Part shown: positions 1 to 12,700 of the stretch, in pieces | Layout: each line of letters starts with the position of its first letter | How positions within the stretch are numbered: the stretch's first letter is position 1 | Assembly (NCBI RefSeq): GCF_963921235.1 | Contig: NC_086097.1 | Coordinates: forward strand, 55,492,001-55,556,000 | Length of the DNA: 64,000 nt | Direction of reading: 5' to 3' | Origin: Mobula hypostoma | Taxonomy: Eukaryota | The notes under the pieces: generated by a model | Seen by the model: the letters and a program-made list of their open reading frames with translations, nothing else | Database searches by the model: none | Told to the model about the DNA's origin: nothing | Position numbers and translations under genes: made by a program

Positions 1-1494
1 CATGTGCCTATCTGAGAGCCTCTTAAATCTTTCTATCATATTTCTTGCTGATTTCTTGTCATAATCTATTTCCTCTATGATTCTTTAATTAAACTTGTTT
101 CTAAAGATTTCCTAATCCTCAGGATCACCAACTCTGGGAGCATATTTTTCACTCTCATGCCATCCTTAAATTCTTGGATGAATCACTTTTTCAACAGAGC
201 TTTATTTCTCAGTGAAATACATTTTCATTGAGAACCAGGAAATTACTTTAAACCTCTGCCATATTTTTAACTAACTTCTTGATTTATCTTGTCTCTAATT
301 CCTTTATTTAAGCTTAAGATTTCTAAGTTTTGAACTTAATATTTCACATCTATTTTGGGACAGATTATCATATTATCAACATTCTTTCTTTGAGGATCCT
401 TCATATAGATTATTAAATAATCTTGCATAATTACACATGACTAAATCTAAAATAAGCTTTTTCTTATTTGGGTCCACTGCATTTTGTTCCATTTATTTCA
501 TTTCCAAAACTTGTTGCTTATTTTGATGAGGATATAAATTTATCACTTAATTATTTCCAATAATGCATTTCTTTGCATTTCAAAATAGTGGTTCAGAGGA
601 TAGAACGTATACTGGAAAAAGGGCAAAAATTGTCTTAATTTATTGTGAAGTTCTCCACTTATTCAGTGTTATTTTACAATGACAAATATAGAGATGCATT
701 TTCTACAATTAACTAATGAATTATGAAATTCATTATTGTCATTTTATTGCTCTGGAACTAACAAGGTATTCAAAAGTTCCCTTTTTTAAGCATTTTTGAA
801 ATTTACAATACTGAAGTAATCCGGGCAAATGCTGGATAATCTTCTGAATCTTTGTTCGTAGTAGAAAATCTTCCTTGCTAGCAGTGTATTTGAAAATTTT
901 AGGCACGCTATATACTGTTGCTCAATTGCTAAAATCAGTAGTCTAATACTTACAACAAAGCATGTGTGAGCAAAGAATAGTCTGCTGGAGGAACAGCATC
1001 TGTGCAAGAAGCATCCGTGGGAGGAAAGGAACTACCAATGTTTCAGGCTGAAATCCTGCATCAGGATAGAGTGAAGAGGCAAAATGGACAGTATAAAGCG
1101 AAAGAAGGGAGTGATGAGAAAACCCAAGGTGCTTTGTGGACTGAGGTGATACTGGGAGCTGGAGTTGTAGGACTCGGTCTGGGATACAGTGGCAGCTGAA
1201 TTAGAGGTGGACGCAAAGAGAGAGAGGGGAAAAATGTTGAGAGGCAGATGGAGCAAGGTAGAGGGATGTGAGTGTTAAGGTCAGGTATTACTGCAGGAAC
1301 AAAACAGGGCTACTCAGCACTGGACTCTGATAAGTAAAGGAGGTGAAAATGGGAACCGTTAGGGAAGAGGTATGGAACCAGAATGAGATTGGAGAGGAGG
1401 CAGAGCAGAGATGACGGGGGGGCTGCTGGGGGGAGGGGGGGGGGATCAAGAGCCACTTGACGCCATTTTTGACAACATGACTTTCCTGAAATAC

Positions 1495-1828
1495 TATACT
1501 CAGTGGCCACTTTATTAGGTACTTCCTATACCTAGTAAATAGGCCACTGAATATATGTTCATGGTCTTCTGCTGCTGTAACCCAGCCACTTCAAGGTTTG
1601 ACATTTTGTGCATTCGGTGGTGCTCTTCTGCGGAACACTGTTGTAATATGTGGTTATTTGAGTTATTGTTGCCTTCCTGTCAACAAGAACTAGTCTCGCC
1701 ATCCTCTTCTGACCTCTCATCAAAACAAGGCATTTTTGCCTACAGAACTGCTGTTCACTTTTTCGTTTCTGACATGTTTCTCTGTAGACTCTGGAGTGTG
1801 TGAATATCCCAGGTGATCAGCAGTTTTT
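1495..1828 (-). mobile_element. Tc1-derived non-autonomous DNA transposon fragment with palindromic end
   Basis: Starts TATACTCAGTGGCCACTTTATTAGGTAC (Tc1-type terminus), with its inverted copy immediately after (1495-1555 hairpin). The rest reads as degenerate Tc1 transposase N-terminal sequence on the minus strand and is cut off by the neighbouring CR1. Confidence 0.65.
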
Positions 1829-1829
1829 C

Positions 1830-4002
1830 ATCGTGGCTGATCCATTTTCCCTCTTAGCCCCGATCTCCTGCCTTCTCCCCGTATCTCTTCATGCCCTGAC
1901 CAACCAAGAATCTATCATCCTCTGCCTTAAATATACCCAATGTCTTGGCCTTCAAAGCCGCCTATGATAACCAATTCCACAGATTCAACACTCACTAGCT
2001 AAAGAAATTCCTCCTCATTTCCATTCTAAAAGATTGTCTCTCTATTGTGAGACTGAGTCTTCTGGTCTTAGGCTCTCCTGCTATAGGAAACAACCTCTCC
2101 ATATCCACTCTTTTGAGACTTTTCAACATTTGATAGGTTTCAATTCTTCTGAATTCCAGTGAATACAGGCCTAGAGCTAGCAAACGGTCTTCAATCCCAG
2201 AATCATTTTTGTGAGCCTCCTTTGAACCTTCTCCATTATCAGCACATCCTTTCTTAGCTCAAGGGCCCCAAACTGCTCACAACATTCCAGGTGAGGCCTC
2301 ACCACAGCTTTATAAAACTTCAACGTAACGTTTTTGCTTTTATATTCTACTCCTCTTGAAAAGAATGCTAACATTGCATTTGCCTTCCCCACTACTGTCT
2401 CAACCTGCAAATTAGCCTTTAGGGAATCCTGCACAAGGACTCCCAAGTCCCTTTGCACCTCAGATCTTTGAATTTTTTCTCCATTTTGAAAACAGTCTAC
2501 TCTTTTATACCTTCTACCAAAGTACATGACCATACACTTCCAGACACTGTATTCCATCTGATACTTCTTTGCCAGTTCTCCTGCTCTAAGTCCTTCATTA
2601 GCTTATTTCCTCAAAAGTACCTGCCCCTCCACCTATCTTCATATCACCTGAAAACTTGGCCACAAAACCATCAATTCTGTCATCCAAGTCATTGACATAT
2701 AACATAGAAAAGAAACAGTCCAAACACAGGCCCCTGTGTAACACCACTAGTTGCCAGCAGCCAACCAGAAAAGGCTCCCTTTATTCTCACTCTTTGCCTC
2801 TTTCCAATCAGCCACTGCTTTATTCATGCTAGAATCTTTCCAATAATACTACGGGTTCTTATCTTGCTCAGCAGCCTTGTGTGTGGAACTATGTCAAAGG
2901 CCTTCTGAAAATCCAAGTATACACCACCCACCAATTCTCCTTTGTCTTTCCTGCTTGTTATTTCTTCAAAGAATTCTAACAGATTTGTCAGGCAAGATTT
3001 TCCCTTGCGGAAACCATGCTGACTATTTTATCATGTGCCTCCAAGTACCCCGAAACCACATCGTTAACAATCGACTCCAACAGTTTCCCAACCACTGAGG
3101 GCAGACTAAATGGCCTATAATTTCTGCCACTCTCACTTCTTGAAGAATGGAATGACATTTACAATTTACCTCCAGAACTATGCCAGAATTAATTGGTTCT
3201 TGAAAGATCATTGCTAATGCCTCCACAATCTCTTCAGCCACCTTCTTCTGAACCCTGGGATGTACACCATCTGATCCAGGTGACTTACTTCCCTTCAGAC
3301 CTATCAGTTTCCCAAGAACCTTTTCCTTAATAATGGCAATTTCACACACGTTTGCCCCCTGACACTTTGGAACTTCTGGCATACTGCTAGTATCTTCCAC
3401 AGTGAAGATTGATGCTAAATTCTTATTCAGTTCATCCACCATTTCCCTGTTCCCCCATTGCTACCTCTCCAGCATCATTTTCCAATTGCCACTCTCTCCT
3501 CTCTTTTACACTTTATGTATCTGAAGAAAATTTTGATATCCTTTTTTATATTATTGGCTAGCTTACCTTCGTATTCCATCTTTTACATTCTTAATGACTT
3601 TTTTAGTTGCCTTCTGTTGGTTTTTAAAAGCTTCCCAATTCTCTAACTTCCCACTATTTTTTTTCTCTATTATATGCCTTTTCTTTGGCTTTTATGTTGG
3701 CTTTGACTGCTCTTGTTAGTCATAGTTGTGTCAGCTTGCCTTTAGAATACTTCTTCCTCTTTGGGATGTATATATGTTGTGCCTTCCGAATTGCTTCCAG
3801 AAATCCCAGCCATTGCTGCTTTGCTGTCAACCCAGCCAGTGTTCTTTTCCAATCAATTTTGGCCAATTCCTCTCTTGTACCTCTGTAAATCCCTTTACAC
3901 CACTGTAAGACTGATAAATCTGACTTTAGCTTCTTCTTCTCAAATTTCTGGGTGAATTCTATCATACTGTGATCACTTGCTCTTAAGGGTTCCTGTACCT
4001 AC
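1830..4002 (-). mobile_element. CR1 LINE, degenerate ORF2 (end of endonuclease to RT and 3' end)
   Basis: Minus-strand ORF fragments 3720-3965, 3023-3442 (KSPGSDGVHPRV), 2177-2557 (QRDLGVLV, VRPHLECC) and 1995-2183 (LGLYSLEFRR) are collinear with the CR1 ORF2 at 7022-9088. Confidence 0.9.
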
Positions 4003-4115
4003 ATTCCATGGTGAGGACATGTAGACTCCTTACAGATGACGTCGGAACTGAACTCCAAACACTGATGCCCCAAGCTGTAACAGTGTTGTGCTCACTCCTA
4101 TGCTGTGCTATTGTG
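4003..4115 (-). mobile_element. 5' fragment of tRNA-derived SINE (same family as 31530-31822)
   Basis: Reverse complement resembles the head of the SINE at 31530 (TTACAGCTT...GGAGTTCA...CTGTAAGGAG). Confidence 0.5.
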
Positions 4116-4124
4116 GTATGCTTG

Positions 4125-5007
4125 TGTCATCTTGTCATCTTCAGAAGTTTTCTGATGACTCTCCCATAGTTAGATGCATCAGCGAGGGAGATGAGGCTGA
4201 GTACAAGACTATGGTAGGAAACTTTGTCACATGGTGTGAACAGAATTATCTGCAGCTTAATGTGAAAAAGACTAAGGAGCTGGTGGTGGACCTGAGGAGG
4301 GCTAAGGCACCGGTGACCCCTGTTTCCATCCAGGGGGTCAGTGTGGACATGGTGGAGGATTACAAATACCTGGGGATACGAATTGACAATAAACTGGACT
4401 GGTCAAAGAACACTGAGGCTGTCTACAAGAAGGGTCAGAGCCGTCTCTGTTTCCTGAGGAGACTGAGGTCCTTTAACATCTGCCGGACGATGCTGAGGAT
4501 GTTCTACGAGTCTGTGGTGGCCAGTGCTATCATGTTTGCTGTTGTGAGCTGGGGCAGCAGGCTGAGGGTAGCAGACACCAACAGAATCAACAAACTCATT
4601 TGTAAGGCCAGTGATGTTGTGGGGATGGAACTGGACTCTCTGAAGGTGGTGTCTGAAAAGAGGATGCTGTCCAAGTTGCATGCCATCTTGGACAATGTCT
4701 CCCATCCACTACATAATGTACTGGTTGGGCACAGGAGTACATTCAGCCAGAGACTCATTCCACGGAGATGCAACACTGAGCGTCATAGGAAGTCATTCCT
4801 GCCTGTGGCCATCAAACTTTCCAACTCCTCCCTTGGAGGGTCAGACACCCTGAGCCAATAGGCTGGTCCTGGACCTATTTCCTGGCATTTACATATTACT
4901 ATTTAATTATTTATGGTTTTATATTGCTTTATTTATACTCTATTCTTGGTGCAACTGTAACAAAAACCACTTTCCCTCGGGATCAATAAAGTATGACTAT
5001 GACTATG
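4125..5007 (+). mobile_element. Rex1/Babar-type non-LTR retrotransposon, 5'-truncated (RT C-terminal half)
   Basis: ORF 4088-4861 has HLQKFSDD (RT catalytic motif), LQLNVKKTKELVVD, YKYLG and KKGQSRLCFLRRLRSF. It ends in AATAAA plus a (TATGAC)n tail at about 4986-5007. Confidence 0.88.
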
Positions 5008-5100
5008 AAATACATCTTTATTGAAAGGACAGACAGGTGGGGAGAGGGATTGGATTGGCTTTGTTGATTAGGAAAATGAAATCAAATCTCTAGAAAGAAA

Positions 5101-5410
5101 TAACCATAGAAACCATAGAAACTACAGCACAGAAACAGGCCTTTTAGCTCTTCCTGGCTGTGCCGAACCATTTTCTGCCTAGTCCCACTGACCTGCACAT
5201 GGACCATATCCCTCCATACACCTCCCATCCATGTATCTGTCCAATTTATTCTTAAATGTTAAAAAAGAACCCGCATTTACCACCTCGTCTGGCAGCTCAT
5301 TCCATACTCCCACCACTCTCTGTGTGAAGAAGCCCCCTCTAATGTTCCCTTTAAACTTTTCCCCCCTCACCCTTAACCCATGTCCTCTGGTTTTTTCTTC
5401 CCTTGCTTCA
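5101..5410 (-). mobile_element. CR1 3' end fragment
   Basis: ORF 5179-5454 (TRGHGLRV...FFTQRVVGVWNELP); (AACCATAGA)-type tail at 5102-5122. Confidence 0.88.
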
Positions 5411-5413
5411 GTG

Positions 5414-5784
5414 GACACCAAATTCAGCTCAGGTTGTGCAGGGGGCGGGGACATGATCCTATTGCTTGTCAGTGATGTTAACAGGTTGGGCCTTATTAAG
5501 ACAGTGTACCTGAGCAGACACCAAATTCAGCTCAGGTTGTGCAGGGGGCTGGGAGATGATTCTATTGCTTGTCAGTGATGTTAACCAGTTGGGCCTTGTT
5601 AAGACAGTGCACCCGAACAGACACCAAATTCAGATCAGGTTGTGCAGGGGGCAGGGAGATGATTCTATTGCTTGTCAGTGATGTTAACCAGTTGGGCCTT
5701 GTTAAGACAGTGTACCTGAGCAGACACCAAATTCAGCTCAGGTTGTGCAGGGGGCAGGGAGATGATCCTATTGCTTGTCAGTGA
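5414..5784. repeat. Tandem repeat, 103-bp unit, about 3.6 copies
   Basis: GACACCAAATTCAG recurs at 5414, 5517, 5620 and 5723 (period 103); units differ by only a few substitutions. Confidence 0.95.
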
Positions 5785-6199
5785 AGTTCTACATTTCATT
5801 CCTAATTTGGCCTATCCACCTGCAGCCTCCTGCACTGTTAGTTTAAATAACAACAATACTTCATTTCCTTCTGGGCACATTGCACTTTCTCAATTTCAAA
5901 TTCTATAACTTCAAGAACTCTATTCCTCTGTCTATATCCAAACTGGCTTATCCATCCGTGCTTTTAGCTCAGATGCTCCCTCTACAATGGCACACCTGAT
6001 CTTCTTGGTGTGATATAGTCCTCCTGGCCCACAAGCAGGTCAAATAGAAGCCTATTTCTTACGATTAATATAGCATCCTTTGAGTACTCACCACGCCCTG
6101 CAGTAGTGCTGTTGTAGGACAGCATACACTTATGTGATAGCCCTCATTAAACTGTGGTGTCCAGTGAAAAGTACAGAATGTTCCCTGCTTACTATCAGC

Positions 6200-6500
6200 T
6201 ATTGTGTTCAATTTGCTATTTTAAAATTCTGTCCAGCAGCACAGTGGCACGGCGTACAAGGTGGAGTCAGTGCTGCCTGTGTTTGCTCGGCAGAAGACAA
6301 GCTGCATTGTGTTTGAATGCAGATTTCTGCATCATTCATTGACTCAGAGTCTTGGACGATATATTTTTTTTTGTAATTGTATTTTACTGATATCTTATAT
6401 GTGCCTTGTGCTGTGTGTGACTGTTGGCCCTGGAGTAACGCTGTTTCATTTGTCTGTATTCATGTATAGTGGAATGACAATTAAACTTGAACTTGAACTC
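6200..6500 (+). repeat. Non-autonomous retroelement 3' portion ending in (CTTGAA)n
   Basis: Ends GACAATTAAACTTGAACTTGAACT; a similar tail occurs at about 53190-53216. Confidence 0.5.
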
Positions 6501-6639
6501 GAACAAGGCCATTTAATTATAACTCATGTTCTGCTCCCACTGGGCATGGAGGGAGAAGATGGATCTCTTAAAAAAATCTTCCATTCCACTGGGAATGGAG
6601 GTGTCAGAAAAATTGTGTTTTGCCTGATTTTGAGGGTCA

Positions 6640-9193
6640 TTATCAGGAAATTAGAAATGTGTGCAATAAAGGAACAGCAGTTATAATGGGTGACTTCAAT
6701 CTACATGTAGACTGGGTAAACCGAATTGGTAAAGGTGCTGAGGAAGAGGTTTTCTTGGAATGTATGCGGGATGGTTTTTTGAACCAACATGTCGAGGAAC
6801 CAACTAGAGAGCAGGCTATTCTGGACTGGGTTTTGAGCAATGAGGAAGGGTTAATTAGCAATCTTGTCGTGAGAGGCCTCTTGGGTAAGAGTGACCATAA
6901 TATGGTGGAATTCTTCATTAAGATGGAGAGTGACATAGTTAATTCAGAAACAAAGGTTCTGAACTTAAAGAGGGGTAACTTTGAAGGTATGAGACGTGAA
7001 TTAGCTAAGATAGACTGGTAAATGACACTTAAAGGATTGACGGTGGATATGCAATGGCAAGCATTTAAAGGTTGCATGGATGAACTACAACAATTGTTCA
7101 TCCCAGTTTGGCAAAAGAATAAATCAAGGAAGGTAGTGCACCCGCGGCTGACAAGAGAAATTAGGGATAGTATCAATTCCAAAGAAGAAGCATACAAATT
7201 AGCCAGAGAAAGTGGCTCACCTGAGGACTGGGAGAAATTCAGAGTTCAGCAGAGGAGGACAAAGGGCTTAATTAGGAAGGGGAAAAAAGATTATGAGAGA
7301 AAACTGGCAGGGAACATAAAAACGGACTGTAAAAGCTTTTATAGATATGTAAAAAGGAAAAGACTGGTAAAGACAAATGTAAGTCCCCTGCAGACAGAAA
7401 CAGGTGAATTGATTATGGGGAGCAAGGACATGGCAGACGAATTGAATAATTACTTTGGTTCTGTCTTCACTAAGGAGGACATAAATAATCTTCCAGAAAT
7501 AGTAAGGGACAGAGGGTCCAGTGAGATGGAGGAACTGAGCGAAATACATGTTAGTAGGGAAGTGGTGTTAGGTAAATTGAAGGGATTGAAGGCAGATAAA
7601 TCCCCAGGGCCAGATGGTCTGCATCCTAGAGTGCTTAAGGAAGTAGCCCAAGAAATAGTGGATGCATTAGTGATAATTTTTCAAAACTCGTTAGATTCTG
7701 GACTAGTTCCTGAGGATTGGAGGGTGGCTAATGTAACCCCACTTTTTAAAAAAGGAGGGAGAGAGAAACCAGGGAATTATAGACCGGTTAGCCTAACGTC
7801 GGTGGTGGGGAAACTGCTAGAGTCAGTTATCAAGGATGTGATAACAGCACATTTGGAAAGCGGTGAAATGATCGGACAAAGTCAGCATGGATTTGTGAAA
7901 GGAAAATCATGTCTGACGAATCTCATAGAATTTTTTGAGGATGTAACTAGTAGAGTGGATAGGGGAGAACCAGTGGATGTGGTATATTTGGATTTCCAAA
8001 AGGCTTTTGACAAGGTCCCACACAGGAGATTAGTGTGCAAACTTAAAGCACACGGTATTGGGGGTAAGGTATTGGTGTGGGTGGAGAATTGGTTAGCAGA
8101 CAGGAAGCAAAGAGTGGGAATAAACGGGACCTTTTCAGAATGGCAGGCGGTGACTAGTGGGGTACCGCAAGGCTCAGTGCTGGGACCCCAGTTGTTTACA
8201 ATATATATTAATGACTTGGATGAGGGAATTAAATGCAGCATCTCCAAGTTTGCGGATGACACGAAGCTGGGTGGCAGTGTTAGCAGTGAGGAGGATGCTA
8301 AGAGGATGCAGGGTGACTTGGATAGGTTGGGTGAGTGGGCAAATTCATGGCAGATGCAATTTAATGTGGATAAATGTGAAGTTATCCACTTTGGTGGCAA
8401 AAATAGGAAAACAGATTATTATCTGAATGGTGGCCGATTAGGAAAAGGGGAGGTGCAACGAGACCTGGGTGTCATTATACACCAGTCATTGAAAGTGGGC
8501 ATGCAGGTACAGCAGGTGGTGAAAAAGGCGAATGGTATGCTGGCATTTATAGCGAAAGGATTCGAGTACAGGAGCAGGGAGGTACTACTGCAGTTGTACA
8601 AGGCCTTGGTGAGACCACACCTGGAGTATTGTGTGCAGTTTTGGTCCCCTAATCTGAGGAAAGACATCTTTGCCATAGAGGGAGTACAAAGAAGGTTCAC
8701 CAGATTGATTCCTGGGATGGCAGGACTTTCATATGAAGAAAGACTGGATGAATTGGGCTTGTACTCGGTGGAATTTAGAAGATTGAGGGGGGATCTGATT
8801 GAAATGTATAAGATCCTAAAAGGATTGGACAGGCTAGATGCAGGAAGATTGTTCCTGATGTTGGGGAAGTCCAGAACGAGGGGTCACAGTTTGAGGATAG
8901 AGGGGAAGCCTTTTAGGACCGAGATTAGGAAAAACTTCTTCACACAGAGAGTGGTGAATCTGTGGAATTCTCTGCCACAGAAAACTGTTGAGGCCAGTTC
9001 ATTGGCTATATTTAAGAGGGAGTTAGATATGGCCCTTGTGGCTACGGGGGTCAGGGGGTATGGAGGGAAGGCTGGGGCGGGGTTCTGAGTTGGATGATCA
9101 GCCATGATCATAATAAATGGCAGTGCAGGCTCGAAGGGCCGAATGGCCTACTCCTGCACCTATTTTCTATGTTTCTATGTTTCTATGTTTCTA
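6640..9193 (+). mobile_element. Young 5'-truncated CR1 LINE with nearly intact ORF2
   Basis: ORF 6620-7021 (APE endonuclease C-terminal part: GDFN, ILDWVL, SDH) continues in frame, after one TAA, into ORF 7022-9088. 3' tail (TTTCTATG)x3 at 9163-9193. Confidence 0.96.
7022..9088 (+). pseudogene. CR1 ORF2 reverse transcriptase region, 688 aa open
   Basis: Motifs KSPGPDG, NYRPVSLTS, YLDFQKAFDKV, GVPQGSVLGP, KFADD, RDLGV, RPHLEYC. Confidence 0.93.
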
Positions 9194-9790
9194 AAGAAAG
9201 GTTTTAGCACATTGGCCCTCATAAATAAAAGTATTGAGTGCAGGAGTTGGGATGATACGTTGAAGTTGTCGAAGATGTATTGTGTGTAGGTTTCCTGTAT
9301 CTACAGGAGAGATGTCAATAAGATTGAAAGAGTGCAGAGAATGTAGCCAGGACTTTAGGACTTGAGTATTACAAAAGGTTGATTAGATTAGGACTTTATT
9401 TCCGAGAACATAGGAGAATGAGGGGAGATTTGATAGAGTACACAAAATTGAGGGGTGTAGACAAGGTAAATACTAGCACTGAGCTTCAATGAGACTAGAA
9501 CTGGAAGTCATGGGTTAAGTTGGAAGGTGAAGTGTTTAAGGGGAACATGAGGAGAAACCTGTTCACTCAGAGGGTGGTGAGAGTGTCGAACGAGTGACAT
9601 CAGAATTGGTGGATGCAGATTTTATTTCAACATTTAAGAGAACATTGGATAGGTACTTGAATGGGGGAGGGGGGTTATGGAGGGCTCTGGTCCCAGTGCA
9701 GTTTGATAGGACTAGGCACATTAATAGTTTGGCATGGACTAGATGGGCCAAAGGTCCTGTTTCTGTGCTGTAGTGCTCTATGACTCTATG
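9194..9790 (+). mobile_element. Older CR1 3' fragment
   Basis: Degenerate ALINKSIECRSWD and GAATGAGGGGAGATTTGATAGAG; tail CTCTATGACTCTATG. Confidence 0.8.
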
Positions 9791-12700
9791 ATGTACAGAT
9801 TATAAGGTAAAAAAATTATTAAAAAAACTATGGTGCCAAAGGAGTTCTGGGAAATGTTAAGATTTGAAAAGTCATATTTGATTGTGAGCTTTTAAGATAT
9901 CCTCCCACAGTAGAATCAAACAAAAGTCAAATTATTGTACATATTTTACAGAAAATAAACAGACAAAAGATGTTCTCAAGAGAAGAGGAACAGTTCTACT
10001 ACTGTCTCAGTTACTATAGAAACTCTATCTGCTGTGCCTCAAAGTGTAAGTTTGCAGTTTTAAACAACTGAGCATTGTCTAATACAGCTTTTGCCACAGG
10101 CATTAGGAATGTTTCCCATTTAGGGAGGCTGCAGCTCATTTGTTTATGATAGTTGTGGAATTTGGGGACAATACAGAAATATAAGTACTGTGTAAATTAT
10201 ACATTCCACAAACTGTAAAACATCATATCTGTCTAACACACTTGGAAGAAACAATAAGAGTAGCAAGCATACAGAATGTAGTCTGAATGGGGCACTTTTC
10301 ATGTCCATTACCAAGAATGACATGACCATTGGCCTCACTCCTACGGGACACAGCCATCAGACAGGGTGTGAGATTCAGTATGAGAGATAAGTCCACTTGC
10401 ACTCATCATTGCCAATCAGCATGTTGCAGAGTGCATCCGCCCTTGACAAGAGGTAGAAGGATCCAGCATGTAATTGTCATGTGCACCGGCCTTCATGTTG
10501 TACAGCACTACGGCCATTCACAAGGGTACCAGGGCCATCAGCCTCTTAACAAAATGGTATTCAACCAAAATCTGTAACATCAGATCCTCAGATTATTCAT
10601 TCTACCATCGTCGTCTAGCCAGGAGATTAGCTTCAGGCATACTTAAAAATGAGACACCAACCTGATGAAGTCATAGAATTGCATGCCTGCTACAGGGAAA
10701 AAGCAGCATGTGAGAAAGCTAAATATTCTCACAACAAAAGCAATCCTTCTACATACGGGTGTGAAGAATAGTGCACAATTAAACTAACGAGAAGAGGTGG
10801 CTTAAAAGTACCTACTGTCAATGATGGCAGAGCCAGCTAACTGTGCTAAAGGCAATTGCAGCATTCGTAAGCATCCTCATCAGAAGAGCCAAGTAAACTA
10901 TGCAGCTCAGACTGCTCCAAAGATTCCCGGCTTCAATAAGTATGGCATGCAAGCCCTGAATGAACGCTCATTTTGGCACTCATTTGCCACAATATATTTG
11001 ATAGACTATTTAATTGCAAACGTTCAACTTTTTAAATTTTCCATTAATTCCCACCAGAAATAGCAACACAACTGATAGAAGGTTCAAACCAATATGTGAG
11101 ATACCAGGCAAAAAAAAAGCTGAATCAGACTCAACATAATTTTATTGCATGTTTAAATATTAATCAGCATTCCTGGCATATAACAGGAACATAACATTTT
11201 AAGATCTGTGATCATTTATTTTGCAAAAGTACTTTGAAGAACTGTTTCTGTCTTTCTCAAAATGCTAGTAGTAACAAAATGAAACAAGCCTCATATTAAG
11301 AGAAGATTAGTTGTGTGTTGAAGAAAATAATTAACTCTGGACTATGCTCAGTAGTAATTGTTGGTGTTCTTTACTTTCCAGTCTCTTTCATTCTTATTTT
11401 ATTTTTATAATATCTTATCTGGTCATAATGGCAGAGCTTTCAGTGCTGTCAGGGGATCACTTATGTCACTTTTAAAGTAAACTGGAGGTCTTTAAGACGT
11501 GAGTCATTCATTTATGGGGAATTAGCTATTAGAGACTATTTTTCTCCATACTTGCTTTATTCAAGCATAATAAGCTATCTACAGTACGTAATGGTAGTTG
11601 ACAGATTACCTCTTGAAATATGAAGGAAAGCCCCTGGGCACAGATGTTGCCATTTTGAGAGCAAAAGGAAGTTTGATAGTAACTGAAATTGCAATAGAGA
11701 TCAAACAAGAGTTCAAACCCATCCTGCCGAAGGGTCTTGGCCTTAAAACGTCGGCTGTACTTTTTCCGTGGGCACTGTCTGGCCTGCTGAGTTCCACCAG
11801 CATTTTGTGCATGTTGCTCACAATAGTGATACTATATGTTTGGAACAAGGGATGAGCCACATATGCGCTAAGCACTAGGCTGCATATAGGGCAAACCTGA
11901 ACTATTTTCAATTGATGGGTAAAAGTATGTAACCACCATTTTCAGATACTTCTTTCGTGTGATGGGTGGGATAATGGGATAAATATAGTATTTCACATTC
12001 TTTCCAACATGGTATTTAAATATCAAGACAGTCACATGAATATTTTTCACCCAAATACAGATAACTAGATGTAGGATTATTTTTAATTTGTTTTCTAAAT
12101 GAATTTGAGCTGACTTGCACCATTTACCAATAAATAAATACCAACAATATTATTTTGCCGGCAAATTTTGTTACACAAAAATCAATTTTATTACTGCTAC
12201 GTGGAAAAACTAGAAGTGCTTTCCATATGATCAGAATTGTTTGGCAAAAGTAAGTTCAGGTAAGGCAGGGCAAGTGGAGTGGCCATCATTGAGTGGTCAG
12301 AGTAAGAGTGGGGATTTTAAGGCTTTACCTCTTCAAGGCTTCAGCGAGGAAGAGGGCTGAGTGAGAGAAGGCAAAATAATTATAAGTAGAGTTCCCCTCA
12401 TAACAGTTTATTGTTTTTCCCTCTTTACATTTGCTCAGTTAGAACAGTAGAGATGCCTGGTAGGAGTGTGGAATGCTTCTCTTGTGGGTTATGGGAAGGC
12501 AGGGAGACCTCCAGTATCCCTGATGACTACACCTGTGAGAAGAGCATCCAGCTGCAGCTTCTAACACTCCACGTTAAGGAGTTGGAGCTGGAATTGGATG
12601 AAGTCTGAATCACTCAGGAGACTGAGGGGGTGATGATAGGACATCTAGAGAGGTAGCTACACCCAAGGTGCAGGACACAGGAAACTGGGTGACAGTCAGG

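Noticed and set aside
723..761. Signal-peptide-like MKFIIVILLLWN start
   Set aside because: Stops after 12 codons, before the nearby GT donor.
5414..5784. CRISPR-like array
   Set aside because: The whole 103-bp unit repeats with no unique spacers; there are no cas genes and the context is eukaryotic.
6643..8700. Long antisense ORFs (e.g. 6643-7197, 7882-8400; also 61114-61725)
   Set aside because: Shadow ORFs opposite transposon coding frames.
7022..9088. Retron, DGR or group II intron RT as a novel system
   Set aside because: Motifs, the upstream APE endonuclease and the 8-bp tail identify an ordinary CR1 ORF2.
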